Shown here: positions 1 to 21,785 of the stretch, in pieces
Layout: each line of letters opens with the position of its first letter
Position numbering within the stretch: the first letter of the stretch is position 1
NCBI RefSeq assembly: GCF_048593235.1
Contig: NC_133621.1
Span: forward strand, 217,579,238 to 217,643,237
Origin: Sminthopsis crassicaudata
Lineage: Eukaryota
Length of the DNA: 64,000 nt
Reading direction: 5' to 3'
The notes under the pieces: generated by a model
Databases searched by the model: none
What the model saw: only the letters and a program-made list of their open reading frames with translations
What the model was told of the DNA's origin: nothing
Translations under genes and position numbers: made by a program

Positions 1-249
1 TACTTATTGACTTGAAAAGACTAGCATTGAGTGGGGGACTGGCCTCTTACTCAAACAGCTGGGTAGCCATGGGTGAATCACTCAATCTCTCTAAACTATA
101 AATTAAAGCTCAGCTGACAACCTGTGTTAGTGAAGGGACCTCCCACAATAGGAGGTGGCTAACTTGAAGGAATCACGGATTGGAATCCCTCTCTCCTATC
201 CCCAAAAGACAACATAGACAGCCTCACGATACAGAGCTGGACTATATTA

Positions 250-1282
<1,033 letters not shown>

Positions 1283-2154
1283 TCAGTTTTCCCAACTGTG
1301 TAATGGGAGAATCGGACTAACCCAAAGATTCTCAGTTTGGGGGGCTGTCCTGGACTCCTTTGGGCACTCTGGTAAAGCCTATGCAGGGGCCTTTCCCTCT
1401 CAGAATCATGTTTTTAATTGCACAAAATGCGTAAGATTAAAAGGAAACAATTATTTAAAAAAATAAATTATTAAAAATATTTTAAGTTCGCAGACTAAGA
1501 ACCCTGGCCTGAAGAGTATTCAAGTCATTTCTTGCTGTTAAAAAACAAACAAACCCAGATTCTATGTTTTGCTGTGGCAAACTTGTATCAAAAAGTTAGA
1601 AAGAGCCCTGGTAGTATCCTCCTGAGTCCGAGGATCTGAGTTCAAATCTCATCAGTGAGTTCTTGAATAAGGGACTCGCTCTCCTTGGGACTTACACAAC
1701 TGCACAATGAAAAAACAAAACAAAGCATTATTTTGGTGGATGCGGAAATTTTTTACTTGTTTCGGGGTTTGTTTTTTTTTTCTGTCCCTCTTCTTTTCCA
1801 TGGGGGGAGAAAAGTGAGAGATAATGAAAATACACTTTTGTTTAGGAAAAAAAAAAATCTTATAAAATAAAACTCCAAAATGAGGTGAGTTACGTGAAAA
1901 ATCTTAGTTCTAGTTCCCTTCTCGCCCCAGTTCAAATGATTTTAAAGTTAAAAGAGAGTCGCTTTTGCTTACATCTTGCCATTCTCCCTTTCTCGGAAAG
2001 CCAAACGCAGAAGGCGTTTTAGCCCCTGTCCCTTTAAAGGGGCGTGGTCTGGCGTCCCGTCTCCCTGACGCATGCTTGCGTCATCGTCGCGCGCCCCGGG
2101 CCGGCAAGCGGGCGTCTCCACGTGAGAGTCGCGGAAGCCCTGGGACCCGTAGCC

Positions 2155-5743
<3,589 letters not shown>

Positions 5744-7131
5744 GTGCCAGCCCCTAGCTTCACTGTGGCTGGACATTGTGTTCTGGGCCTGCCCTGTCTA
5801 GCTCTGTTAACCTTCTGTCTGGAAGCAGTGATACAGGCTCCTCTATCTTCTGGGTGGCTGTGGGCATCTCTGTGCTGCCCTATTTCTGCTCCAGGCCTGA
5901 AAGCTTCCGTTATATGGGAAAGGACCTGGATGTTCTGAGAAGTTTCCTTGACTCCTTGATTCTTCAGGCTAATTTTCACCAAAAGCAGATGGAAAATGCA
6001 CATTTCAAGTTTAAGACATGATAAATGTTCCTGAATTAGAAGGAATTGATTGTTTAGAAGCTCTTTCAGCCAGAATATGTTCTGTATAGCTGGAATAAGA
6101 AAACATTTTACACTGCCAGCCAAATTTCTGGCTGGGCCAGATGATTGTACTTTTTGTTTATTTTGCTGTGCTGAATACTGTATGTGTGTCTAAACCTGCC
6201 AGTGCTGCTGTCCATATAGAAAGCAAGCACCAGGTTTTTCTCCATCCCACCTCTCACCATCTCTGGGCTTCTGGCTAGTCAGTGGTCCAAGACTATCTTA
6301 GTGACCACTTTTGGAAAGGATAAGGGAAAGACATCTTGAAACAAAGGTGATTGGCCCCTCTCTGTTGACCTCTGATTATGTAGTGACCACAACTTTGAGA
6401 TTGTTGGTTAATGAGCAAAAGAACTTGCCATGTTGCTATATCTTCTAGGGATAGTAAATAGTGGGATTCTGTTATGTAAAGACCCTGTGGAGCACCTGAC
6501 CAAATGGTGATCCTCAGAGAGACTGAGTAACCCCAAATCACCTGGGCTGTGCTGAACTTGTTGAGATGGACCATCATCCCTTCAAATCCCACCAGCCTGG
6601 TCCTGTTAGGATGTTGCCTGAACTGCCTCCCCCCCACCTCTCCTTCCTTTCAGCACACATTGAGCCACTCTTCCCTCACTATTGCCCTGAAAAATAATAC
6701 CTCCTTGGGGAGAATGTACAGTCTAGGACTAGAGAAAATGGGAGCCGTGGCTATTTCCTGAACGAGTTAGAAAAGGGGAATTCCTTAGGGAGGGAGAAGA
6801 GATGGTGGGTTGGCTCCTTGGAGAAGGGTGAGAATGCCAGAGACTGGCTTAGATGTATTGTCTCCTTTACAGTGATTTATTTTTAGTTGTGGGGATGGAG
6901 AAGAAACTGAGGAAGAGGGGAGGGCCACCCAGAAGTGAGTAGGAGGTTTTCCCTTGAGTTCTCTGCCTGTTTAAGCAAATCAAGGAATTCAGACAGCTAA
7001 GGAGAGAAGGGATTGGCTAGGGTGTACTGGAGGGGGGTGGCTTCTTTTCCTCCATAGATTTAAGTAGGGGCCAGAGAGGTTGGAAAAGATGCTCTGACGA
7101 AGTGTCTACTTGCTATTTGCTGCACCTCAAC

Positions 7132-11807
<4,676 letters not shown>

Positions 11808-14238
11808 AGATGTGATTTATCTGTTTTTCTTTTCCCCCATTCCTTGACAGAAAAGGATAAATAGACACAAGTACTCCAAGTGTCTGGAAAACACTTCTTC
11901 CCTCTTCTCCATAGAGAGGACAAGATCCTTTTGTGCTGAACTGGAAAATGACCAAATCAAAGGCCTTGGAGATAGATCTGGACAAAGGTTCATCTGTTGA
12001 ACACACACTTTGCATTTGGTCTAGACCAGTGAGACGGGTGAAATATTGTGGACCACATGGTTAATTTTGACTTTAAGCCACATGAAACAAAAGTCTGAGG
12101 AGCTGTTTGACTCCATCTTTTTCCATCCATCCTCTGTAGCCCTCTGAGCCCTGGTCATGTAGGTACTTGTTCTTTGCTATTAAGCCTGGAGCCTTAGACC
12201 AACTCCCAACCCAAGATTTCTATTTTATACCACTGACAACCCAAATCCTGCCCACACTCCCTCACGCAACCTTTTTTTTGTATTATTATTCTTCATACTT
12301 TTGTAATTAAAAAATAACAATAAGATCCTCCTGCTACCAATTCTGGGTTTCTCTGCCTTGCTCACCACTCTTCCAATTTTTCAGGTGGTAATTCTGGATC
12401 TTCCCACCTGAATTGGTTTCCCTGGCACTGGAAGTGACCTGATGAATACTGGGTGGTCTGGGCACCTGAAAGACTTTGTTGCATCACTGACCCAGGCATG
12501 TTGCTATCTGCTATGGGGAGCAGCCAAGCCTGGCTTCCTATTAAAAAATTTAAAAAAAAGAGCAGAAGGGCCTGAAGAATCAAGCTTCTAACCAATGGGT
12601 TAGACAAATCAAAGAAGAATAGACATGCAGGTTTAAATAAAAGTGTCAGGGTACCACAAAGATGAGCAGAGGCTGTTGGGTGGTTCTCAAGGGAGGGACC
12701 TTTGGCAATAGGACAGTCAAAGTCAAAGTGACTTTACAGAGTAATCTCCAATTCTCTGAAATTATTTTCAGATAATTTCCTTCACAGGACTAACAGAGAT
12801 CAAAGTATAAATGGAAATTGAGAATGATGTAAGAAATGACAGGAAAAAAAGACAAATACATTCATACTTTTGCACAGAGATGATGTATACCGAATATGGG
12901 GCTAAGCAGAAACCCTCAGGCACTGATACAAGAAGGATAAAGGCTGATTAGGCAGAGAAATCTCTAATTCTTTGACTCAGCATGCCCCCAGCCCCTCAGA
13001 TTCTGGGCACAATCTTCTTGTGATTTAAATATGGATTAACTCATTCTTTTGCAATAAATCTGTCAGTAATCTCTGCCTGATTCCACTCTGCCCCCCCCCC
13101 ACACACACACAAGTAGCCCAGAATCCAACCTAGTCAGGGCAAGTCTTACTACCACCCCAATTATCAGACAATGGATCAAGTTTCGGTTTCATACTTTGTT
13201 CTTTCCCAATCCACTAGCTATAGCTCAATGGGAGATAGAGGGATTTTTCTTTTCCCAGATTTTCTGAGAACATCTATACAAAATTTATAAAAATCCAGGA
13301 CTTACAAGCTTCTGTATCATTGTGCAGGAACAAAGATGTAATTTAAATACCGTTGTTCTCCTCCTCCATCCCCATTACTATTATTTCTAGATTCAAAAGC
13401 CTGTGCATGTCAGGATCTTAACCAGACCACAGACCACTTGTGCCTCTAGGTTCAGGGTTTATCCTCCCCTTTCTTCAAGTTCAAGTTAACCTTAACCCAG
13501 TTTCTTGTCCCCAAGCTCTAGATCCAAAGAGGTGAGTATACATCCTTAACCTGCCTATCTTTCAGCCTATTGCAGGATTACCCAAAATAGCACCTTTCCT
13601 AAAGGAGCAATAATTTTTAAAATACCCTAGTCTAGACAGGCACCCCCTAAGTTGGAAAAGGTTGCTGTTCTGCCCTTAACCCCCCCATACCCTGCCATAG
13701 TCTCACCTCAGCTGCTCTATGAGGCATTCTCTCAGAAACAGGAGGAAGGACGCACTTGGCCCAGACTCAGGCCCTGAAGGGCAAAATGTATGAAAGTACT
13801 TGTATTTTGAGCCTCAATGTGGGGCCATTACTCACTGGGAGTGGGCCTGAGGTTGGAAACAATTTGGCAAATACATCCCCAAACCTGTATGTCTTTGTCT
13901 GAGCATGTCAGCAAATGTGTATGTGCTAGTGGTCACTTTCTGGAAAAACAGCTGCCTTGTGGATGGTAAGGTAACAGATGAGGGAGTGCACATGCCCTCT
14001 CTCCAGGGAGGCAAAAGTACTCATAAGGAAAAGAGTGCTTCCTTAGCCCCTTACCCACTTTGGCCTCACATCAGAGATGGTACAAAGAGTAAGAGAGGAT
14101 AGAATGAGATAATGACAGGGAAAATTAGTGAGGACAGGAAGGTAGTATTCTGTATGACTTAGAATAAAAGGAAAACATTTTCCTTCCACTCAGTTCCCTA
14201 CACCACTATCCCACTCCCACTGTCTAGCTAGTCTATAG

Positions 14239-14259
14239 AACAGCACCATGGACAGCACC
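14239..14259 (+). promoter_or_regulatory. RE1/NRSE (REST-binding element)
   Basis: AACAGCACCATGGACAGCACC vs consensus TTCAGCACCACGGACAGCGCC. Both half-sites intact with the canonical 2-nt spacer. Confidence 0.75.
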
Positions 14260-16124
14260 TAGTTTGGCGCTGGAAAAGGAAGAGGATCTTTCAAGCTGTG
14301 AACTCAAGTTTACCATGAAGAGTCATGGTAGTCAATGCAGAAGCATTTCCCCAAAACAACCCCTGGAGGGAGGCTCAGATCTTCTCTAAAAGAAAGACTA
14401 ATGATAATTGGAAAGGAATGATTTCAACCCTTTATATTCTACTCCTGAGTCCATTATGTAACCTGAATATTCTCATTGCTGATGAATAATTCACTTAGCA
14501 TGTCAGCACAGAGTAGAGGGCACTCAGTCCCAGGGCCTGTAAGGAGTGACCAGGTCTGGTACTGATACATATTCAAAACCAGCCCATAGCAGCTACTTGA
14601 TACTACTCCAGCATTGTATGTAGGCAACATCCCCTCTCACAAATGGTCAATAATTCATATCTAGATCCCTCTGGGTAGGGGGAGGCACAATTTGATACAT
14701 CTGATAAAATTTATAGGAAAAGAACAGTTAACACAAACTGCCTGAGTAAGCCCAGGTCTGAACTGAGACATAATTATTGGAAAGGCAACATAAATCAGAG
14801 GGAACTGAAAGACCAGAGGCTATATTCATGGAGACTGACCAGTACTGGTCTAAGTAAATAAGAATCCACTTTATACCATCAGCCATTCAAATCAAAGCCT
14901 GAAAGGGAATCTTCTGACCCCAAATTCTACAGCATAATTCCTGCCTTCACCTATCTCCCAGATGAAAGAAGAAAAGACAGATACCTGATCAAACTTATCC
15001 CCAACCTTCATTTCCTCCTTATTCTTATGGGTTCTCACACTTAGAAAATGATAATAATTTCCCACATTTATATCATATTTTTTCTGAAGCATTTCCATGT
15101 CTATTATGTATCCCATTACAGAAAATTCCAAGGTATTATCAAATGCCAAATTATTTCAATGTTCAGTGATTCGGTATGCAACCAGAAATAAATGCTAAAG
15201 GCTTGAAAAACATTTAGTCACTAAGAATTTTCTTTGCAATGGGAATTTACCTATATCTCATTTTCCTCACATCCATCTTGTGGCATAGATAGGGAAATTG
15301 AAGCACAGAAAAGAATATAAGTCTTCTAACTTCCGAGTGTGTGACTTTTTCCCCATCAGATCATTCTGGGCCTTGCCAACTATACAATTAAAGTGAATTA
15401 TTCACCAGCAAGTGCTTGCTAAACTTCTTGGAATAAACCACTATGGATTGATAGGTAGAAAAAAGGTTAACTTACTAAGTGCTTTGGGACTTGCAACCTG
15501 TATAGACAAAACCTCCCCCAAACCTCAAACTTCCCACAATCCTCAGAAGAGAAATGAGCCTTCTTTTGCATATAAATGACTCTTTATGCCCTCCCCTCAA
15601 ACAAGAGGGGGTAAGGCAGGGGTAGACCCACCTGCCCTCATGCAGGGAGCAGGAGGTGGATATACACTAGTCTTATTGCCAGATGCCCTGTGGCCATAAA
15701 GTAGGAGGGGTGGGTGAGTTGGTAGCCCCTTCCTCCTGGCACTGGGGCCCCTTCACCAAATCATCCCTGTGGAGTTGAAGGGGCCAGAGGCCATGTGAGC
15801 TGAGGTAAAGATGATTCTTTCCACTCTCTCCAGGGGAAAAGATGTTCTCCCCACTTTCCAGGAGGATAAGCGGCCATAACGATTATCGAAATTTCTTCCA
15901 GGTGGAATCTTTGCCCCAGGGAAAGATGAGTGATCAGTAGGGGTCTGATATTATCTCCAGTGGTCATGTCAACATTCCCTTTATGTATAGGGACAGTCAG
16001 GTGTGGGAGCAACATCTTGTCTAGGTGGAATCTTCACTTGTTTGGGAAAGATGCTCAGCAGGAGCTGGACCACATCTCCAGCCAGTGTACTGACTTTGGG
16101 GTCTTCCTTTCCTGAGAATTTAGC

Positions 16125-19100
16125 TCAGACAGTGGTGACCCTCATGACAACCTCTCGGCCAGATCTGGAGCTGGAACGGGCATCTGGTGGCCGGAGCTGT
16201 CCAAGCAGGTGCAGAATTGTGTAGCCACAGTGCTGGGGCAAGAGCGTCCGGACACGCTGGGAAGCTGGAGGGCGGCCAGTGGCTCCAGGTGGGGAACCTG
16301 TCCGTGAGGTCCTGGGGCCTGGCTTCCCTGCCATTCCCCCTCCTGACTCCCCTCCTAAGTCCTTGGTCTTGTCATAGTTCAGAACCTTCCACTGTTGGTT
16401 CACTGCCTGCCATCGTTTGAAGATGCGGTAGACAGAAGAGCCCTCATGGACAATGAGACCTGGTTAGGAAGGGAGTCAGAGGTTGGGTCAATTTTCATTG
16501 AACTTAGGGCTAAGGGGAAATCCAAACCTGCTTTTTTTCCAGACTGAAATATTAAGAATTAATAGAGGCACTAGAAGAAAACAAAAAATTCAGTCTTGGG
16601 GACATCAAAGGGATCTCTAATTGATCATAGCCCAGTTAAAAGAGTGTTACATTTAAAATCAAATGACCTCAGTTCAAATTTTCACTCTGCAACTAGTAAG
16701 TGTAACAACAATAAGCAACAACAATAATAATTATAATTATGTAGCATTTTGACATTTGCAAAGCACATTATAAACATGATCTTACTGTATTTTCATAATA
16801 CTCTTCTGGATGATAGGTGCTATTATTGTCCTTATTTTACAGATGAGAAAATGGAGTCAGGTAGAGGTTAGGATTAGATTGTAGGCAAGTCTAAGTGTCT
16901 CTGAGTCTGAATTTCCTCATCAGTAAAATGAGAGGGTTGTATTAGATAGCTTATAAGATCCCTTCTACCTCCAGCTCTAGCAGCCTATGATGTTTCTTTC
17001 AAATTGTCCTTAAATTGGAGGAAGGGGATAATTAATTCCATATCGATTATTATTAAGCAGCTACCATGCAAGGTATTAAGGATCTATAAGAGCAGAGTAT
17101 ACATAGTTTAGATATAAAAGATAGATAGTTTAGATAAAAGTTTCTAAAATCGCCCCACCCCTGTGTGTGAACATCTTGAGGATTTTAGGTAGATAGGACT
17201 GGGTGGTCTCTCACCAATGCAGACAACATCCATGAAGCCATACATGCCATAGCATATCTGGAAGAGCAGGTCCTGTCGCTGCCACTTGGCTGATGGACTG
17301 AGTGAAGACCAGATGAGCCAGGAGATGCTGGCAACAAGGAAAAGGGAGCCCAGGACAATGGCTGCGATCTGGACCTTCTCAATGACTGTCAAGGAGATGG
17401 CCTGCCACTAGGAAAGGAAGGTATTTTCAGAAGGATGTTTGGGGTAAGGTCTTGATGGTTATGGGAAGCAGTCATGATAACAAGAGGCAACCATGACAGG
17501 GAGGACCTCCATGACCAAATAAGAGTAGGGTGACTGAGAATCTATTGTGGAGTGAACACTGGGGAAAGTGTAGCTAGGACTGGCTTTTTTTTGGGGGGGA
17601 GAGGGATATCTCAAAACTTCTACCTCAAACATTAGCCTAGAGCCCTTCTCCTTATACCTCTCACCTGCAATGGGTTCTTGGTGCTTATTGCCAGGACCTG
17701 GTACTTGAAGTAGCAAAGTTCACAGCTCCAGGATCCCCGCTCACTAATCCATCTGATGAGGCAAGGCTGGTGGGTACAGCGAACGGAACCATCACACCGA
17801 CAAGGGCTTAAGAGCTCCCCCTGAGGGTAGGGAGAGGAGACAGGATCCAATTACCACTTCAACTGGATAAAAAGGAGATCCCTTTTCCTGGCCTCTCCAT
17901 GTTAGAGAAACTCTCAACATTAGAGATTCCTATCAGAGATCCAGGTTCAAGACTCAGCAGAAACCATTCATCCAGGACTGGATGAAGGGCATATACCAGA
18001 GAGGTGAGGAAAAGTCCTTAGATGGAAAAAGAGACTCTCCCAAGATCAGAGACACCAGGTGATAGAAAGGAAGTGAAAAGGGACTGAGAATATCTCTTTT
18101 CTCAAAACTCTGGAGAATGCAGTTTGTATAAACCAAGGAGATAACAGAGTCTGGGGGTAGAGGGGAGCTATAGTTACATTAAATAAGCATCAATCACCAC
18201 CTCTCTACCTCCCAAAATAATCTTAAAACACTTTACAGATCTTGCAGTAATTCAGAGGAGTCTATTATTCTATCTCCATGGGATCCCAAAAGAAACCCTT
18301 CATACAAGACTTAGGACTGCCCTCAATCAGGGAAAGGAAATTCCCTCTGAGCACTTAGGGATGAGAATCCAGCCCCAATCCCCTCCCCACCCCCTATAGG
18401 GAGCTCCCTCCAGAACAATTTAAACAAAGAATAATCTTTGTGTGAAGAATGGAACTGCTGAATTTAAAGCGGAGAAAATCTCCCCAAAGGTTAAAGATGC
18501 TGAGGAATAAAGAAAGCACAGATAAGAAAGCTCCAACCCCTGCCACCGAGGCTAGCTTTTCAAAGACCAACCCTTTCCTCAGCCTCCATGAAGGATGGCC
18601 CCTCCCACAGCCTATAGAGATAGTAAAGTGTGCGGAGCTAGGGACAGGGATAGTCCGCTGCTTTGCCCTGACATCCCCCCCTCCAAGGCAGCTTCCCAGG
18701 CTGGGAATCTCTCGTCCTGTGGGCTATCTGATCCCTAACTTCAACCCAGCCCTAGGCACCCTTCCCGTCTGGCTTTTTCCTAGGGACCCCCTGCCAGTTT
18801 CTGGTGCTGCCATCTCTCAGCCCTTCTCCCAGGCCCCCTTCCCGGGTCTCCGCTCTCGGTCCGGCCCTGCACATCTTCCAGGAGGATAGCAGCCCCCTCC
18901 TCCTGATCTGCCCTGGCCTCTCCAGACGGCTCCATCCAGGGCTCTCTGTCCCCCCTCCCCTTTTCATCTCTCGGGTGCCCTGCTTCCAGTCTCCCCCCAG
19001 GCCCGGGCCTGACCTGCTCCGGCCCCTGGAAGCAAATCCGGCACTGAGGGGTTCGGAGCCCGCTGTCCAGGCTGCTGCTCAGAGACAGGGAGTCCAGGCC

Positions 19101-19371
19101 GCCAGAAGCAGGAGGTGGAGGCGGAGGGGGCGGCGGCGGGGGTCCAGCCCGAGCTTCCTTGTCCCCCAGGCCCCGGGCCCGCGGCTCCGACCCGTAGTAC
19201 TCCTCGTCGTCGCCGTCGCTGTCCCGGGCCGAACAGCCGGCAAAGGGCCCCCAGCCGCAGCCGGCTCCCCCGCCCCCCCGGGGCTGAGGCTCGGGCCGGG
19301 GGCCGCCCCCCGCCCGTCAGCACCAGCAGCTTCAGCTCGTTCAGGAACATGCGGAGCCGGGACTTGAGCAT
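16125..19371 (-). CDS. MARCHF9: Membrane-associated RING-CH E3 ligase 9 (346 aa once one extra base in exon 1 is removed)
   Basis: Exons 19371-19014 (358 nt, one too many), 17820-17665, 17407-17215, 16459-16125. RINGv [46 protein letters not shown], two TM helices, C-terminus [10 protein letters not shown]. Confidence 0.95.
16620..16990. mobile_element. Cluster of MIR/MIR3 SINE fragments in MARCHF9 intron 3
   Basis: gacctcagttcaaat, ttattttacagatgagaaaatggag and tttcctcatcagtaaaatgagagggttg...gatcccttc motifs. Confidence 0.7.
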
Positions 19372-20100
19372 CGTCCGGGCGCCGGGAGCCGCGGTGGGGA
19401 GGAGGACCGCCGCTCAGTGGGGAGCGCCGGGAGGGCGGCGTCGGGGGGTCTGGCCGGGGGAGGGGCCGAGGCCGAGGAGGGGGCGTCGGGGCCTGCGAGC
19501 TCGGCTCAGAGCAGCCTTCTGTCCTGCCCCGGGGCTGGCGGCCCGGGGGCCATGGCCCGGGTCCTCTAGGGCGCGGCGCCCCGCGGGGCCGGGGCTGGAG
19601 CGGCCCGGGTCCCCGGGGTCAAGGGCCCGGGTCCTCCTGCGGCGGGGCCGCCCCCCATCGCGGGGCGCCGGGCCCCGGCCCCGCTCGGGCTCCGGCTCGG
19701 GCTCCGGCTCCGGCTCGACCCGTCCGCTCGGCCGTGGCAAATGGCGGCTCCTTCCGGCAGCGACGGCGGCGGCGGCGGCGGCGGCGGCAAAGACCCCCCC
19801 CACCCCCACCCCCCGGAGCGGCGGGCTGGCGGCGGGCGGGGAGAGAACCCGGGAGCCGGCGAGGCTAAGAGGGAGGGGCGGGGCGGGGAAGGGGAGCAAG
19901 GGAGGGAGGGGGCCGCGGCTGCGCATCCCCGCCCCGCCCCGCGCGAGCAGGTGGCCCCGGGGGCGGGGGCGAACGGACCCGGCGGACCGAGGGGCCGGGC
20001 GGGGGAGTGGCCCAGGGCTCGGTTGGGGAAAGGAGCTGAGGAGCCGTGAGGGTGCAGGGCTGCGGGTAGAGCGGGAGGTGCAAAGAATGAGAGGGTCCCA
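18750..20100. promoter_or_regulatory. MARCHF9 CpG-island promoter/5' UTR with YY1-like site and (CGG)8
   Basis: Very high GC/CpG. CAAATGGCGGC at 19738-19748, (CGG)8 at 19764-19787, degenerate (CGGCTC)n hexamers at about 19682-19717. Confidence 0.75.
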
Positions 20101-20137
20101 GGGAGAGAAGTGAGTGCGCGGGGGCAGGGTGCAAGAA

Positions 20138-20222
20138 TGTGTGTGTGTGTGTGTGTCTGTGTGTCTGTGTGTGTGTGTGTGTGTCTGTATGTGTCTGTGT
20201 GTGTCTGTGTCTGTGTGTGTGT
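20138..20222. repeat. (TG)n/(TCTG) compound microsatellite
   Basis: Direct reading. Confidence 0.9.
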
Positions 20223-21494
20223 AGCGGCTGGGGAGCTGGAGTGAGGGGCCGGGCAGGCAGCCTTTTTTTTAATCTCATATAATCAGCAGCTGTACTGGTT
20301 AAGAATGCCCACATAACACTTGCTCCGTTTACTGCGCCCGTCCTCCTTCAAAGGCCGTGAATTCCATTCTAACCAGCCCAGGGCGTCCCCCATCCCCACC
20401 TCCTCCTGTTCCTCTCTTAAACCTTTGCCATTCCTTCTCTTTCCCTTCCCTTCCCCAGTCTGTGGGAAAAGGGAGTCTGGGGAGTCCTGTCGGTCAAACA
20501 CACTGGGAGAAAAGTAATTAGTAAAAGAATAATTAACAGAAGGGCTGAGGGGACAGAGTTAAGGGAGGGGCAGACAGCAAAAATCAGAGTTTCCCCGATA
20601 GAGGGAAGGGAAAAGACTGAATTCAGTAATACATTTCGGGTTTTTTTTCAATTCAGCTTTATTTTATTTTCGGTTCCAAATTATTTCCCTTCCCCCCATC
20701 CATTGAGAAGAAAAAAAAATACAAATAATATATTTTTTAAAATGAATGGAAACAGACTCAAAAACAAATAAGTTGAAATACTAAGGTCCTTCCAAATCCT
20801 TCCAGATTCTATTTTTATTGTGAACCAATTCACAATAATTAGACCTATGTAACTGAGTATACACTAGTCCTTTATCTCATTTTCCAGAAGCCTTCTAGGC
20901 TCTTTCCATTCCAAAGGTACATATTAGTATCTCCCTGGTACTAGAGATGGGAGGCAGAAAGTAGCTCTGGAGGAATGGGGAAAAAGAAGTGTTTCCACTC
21001 CTATTTTCCTCCTGAACCTAATCTTCTTTAATACTTAAGTCCCTCTTCTTTCAATTTTGAAGCTGTTGCAAAATGCTTAAGGGAATGATGCGGAAGAGAG
21101 GCACTGAAGGCCCTAATTGAGACATGACTATTACCCATGCCACACTAAAAGAAACCCTAAAATGGAATTAGAGCTAAAAAAAAAAAAAAGACTGGCTGGC
21201 AAAAGCATCTGTGAGTAGATGTGTCTGTCCCAATTTCTCCCATTCTGTTAGAATGAAAGGAGGCTTGTGACAAGGAGATTTTGGGGAAGGGATAAGGCCT
21301 GAAACCCACTTTGTTGTAGAATAAGGATTGTGGTGTGTGTGGGAGGAGGGGTAATCATTGGCTCTGTCCTTAGAGGACTTTGGCTCAAATCTTTCTTCTG
21401 TCCTTTACTGTTTTACTTTAGGCAAATCATCTAACTGTTCTGTCTCTCTATTTTCTCACTTGCAAAATGAGGGGGTTGCAACAAAAGAACACTG

Positions 21495-21785
21495 GGAAAT
21501 GAGTGTGGACCACAACATGGCATTTACACTCTTTCTGTTATTTGCTTGAATTTTTGTTTTTCTTCCCAGGTTATTTTTACCAACAGGAGAACTGTATAAA
21601 TATGCATACATATATTGTATTTAACATATACTTTAACATGTTTAACATGTATGGGACTGTCTGCCATCTGAGGAGGGGGTGGGGGGAAGAAGGGGAAAAG
21701 TTGGAACAGAAGTGTTTGCAAGGGTCAGTGTTGAAAAATTACACATGCATGTGTTTTATCAATAAAAATCTGTAATAAAAAATAA
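21495..21785 (+). mobile_element. 5'-truncated marsupial L1 3' end
   Basis: acatatattgtatttaacatatactttaacatg...ctgccatct...ggggaaaagttggaacagaag...gttgaaaaatta, ending in an A-rich tail. Same family as the minus-strand copy at about 58.5 kb. Confidence 0.8.

Noticed and set aside
1861-1890. TATAAAA followed by a perfect donor GAG|GTGAGT upstream of METTL1
   Set aside because: A TATA-directed TSS would fall at or after the donor, the region is AT-rich low complexity, and no exon is supported.
19115-20113. Long ORFs in GC-rich regions (332 aa at 19115-20113, 250 aa at 38793-39545, 335 aa at 50141-51148, 214 aa at 22745-23389)
   Set aside because: Low-complexity Pro/Gly/Arg/Ala translations, antisense or off-frame to real exons in CpG islands where stop codons are scarce; no recognisable domains.
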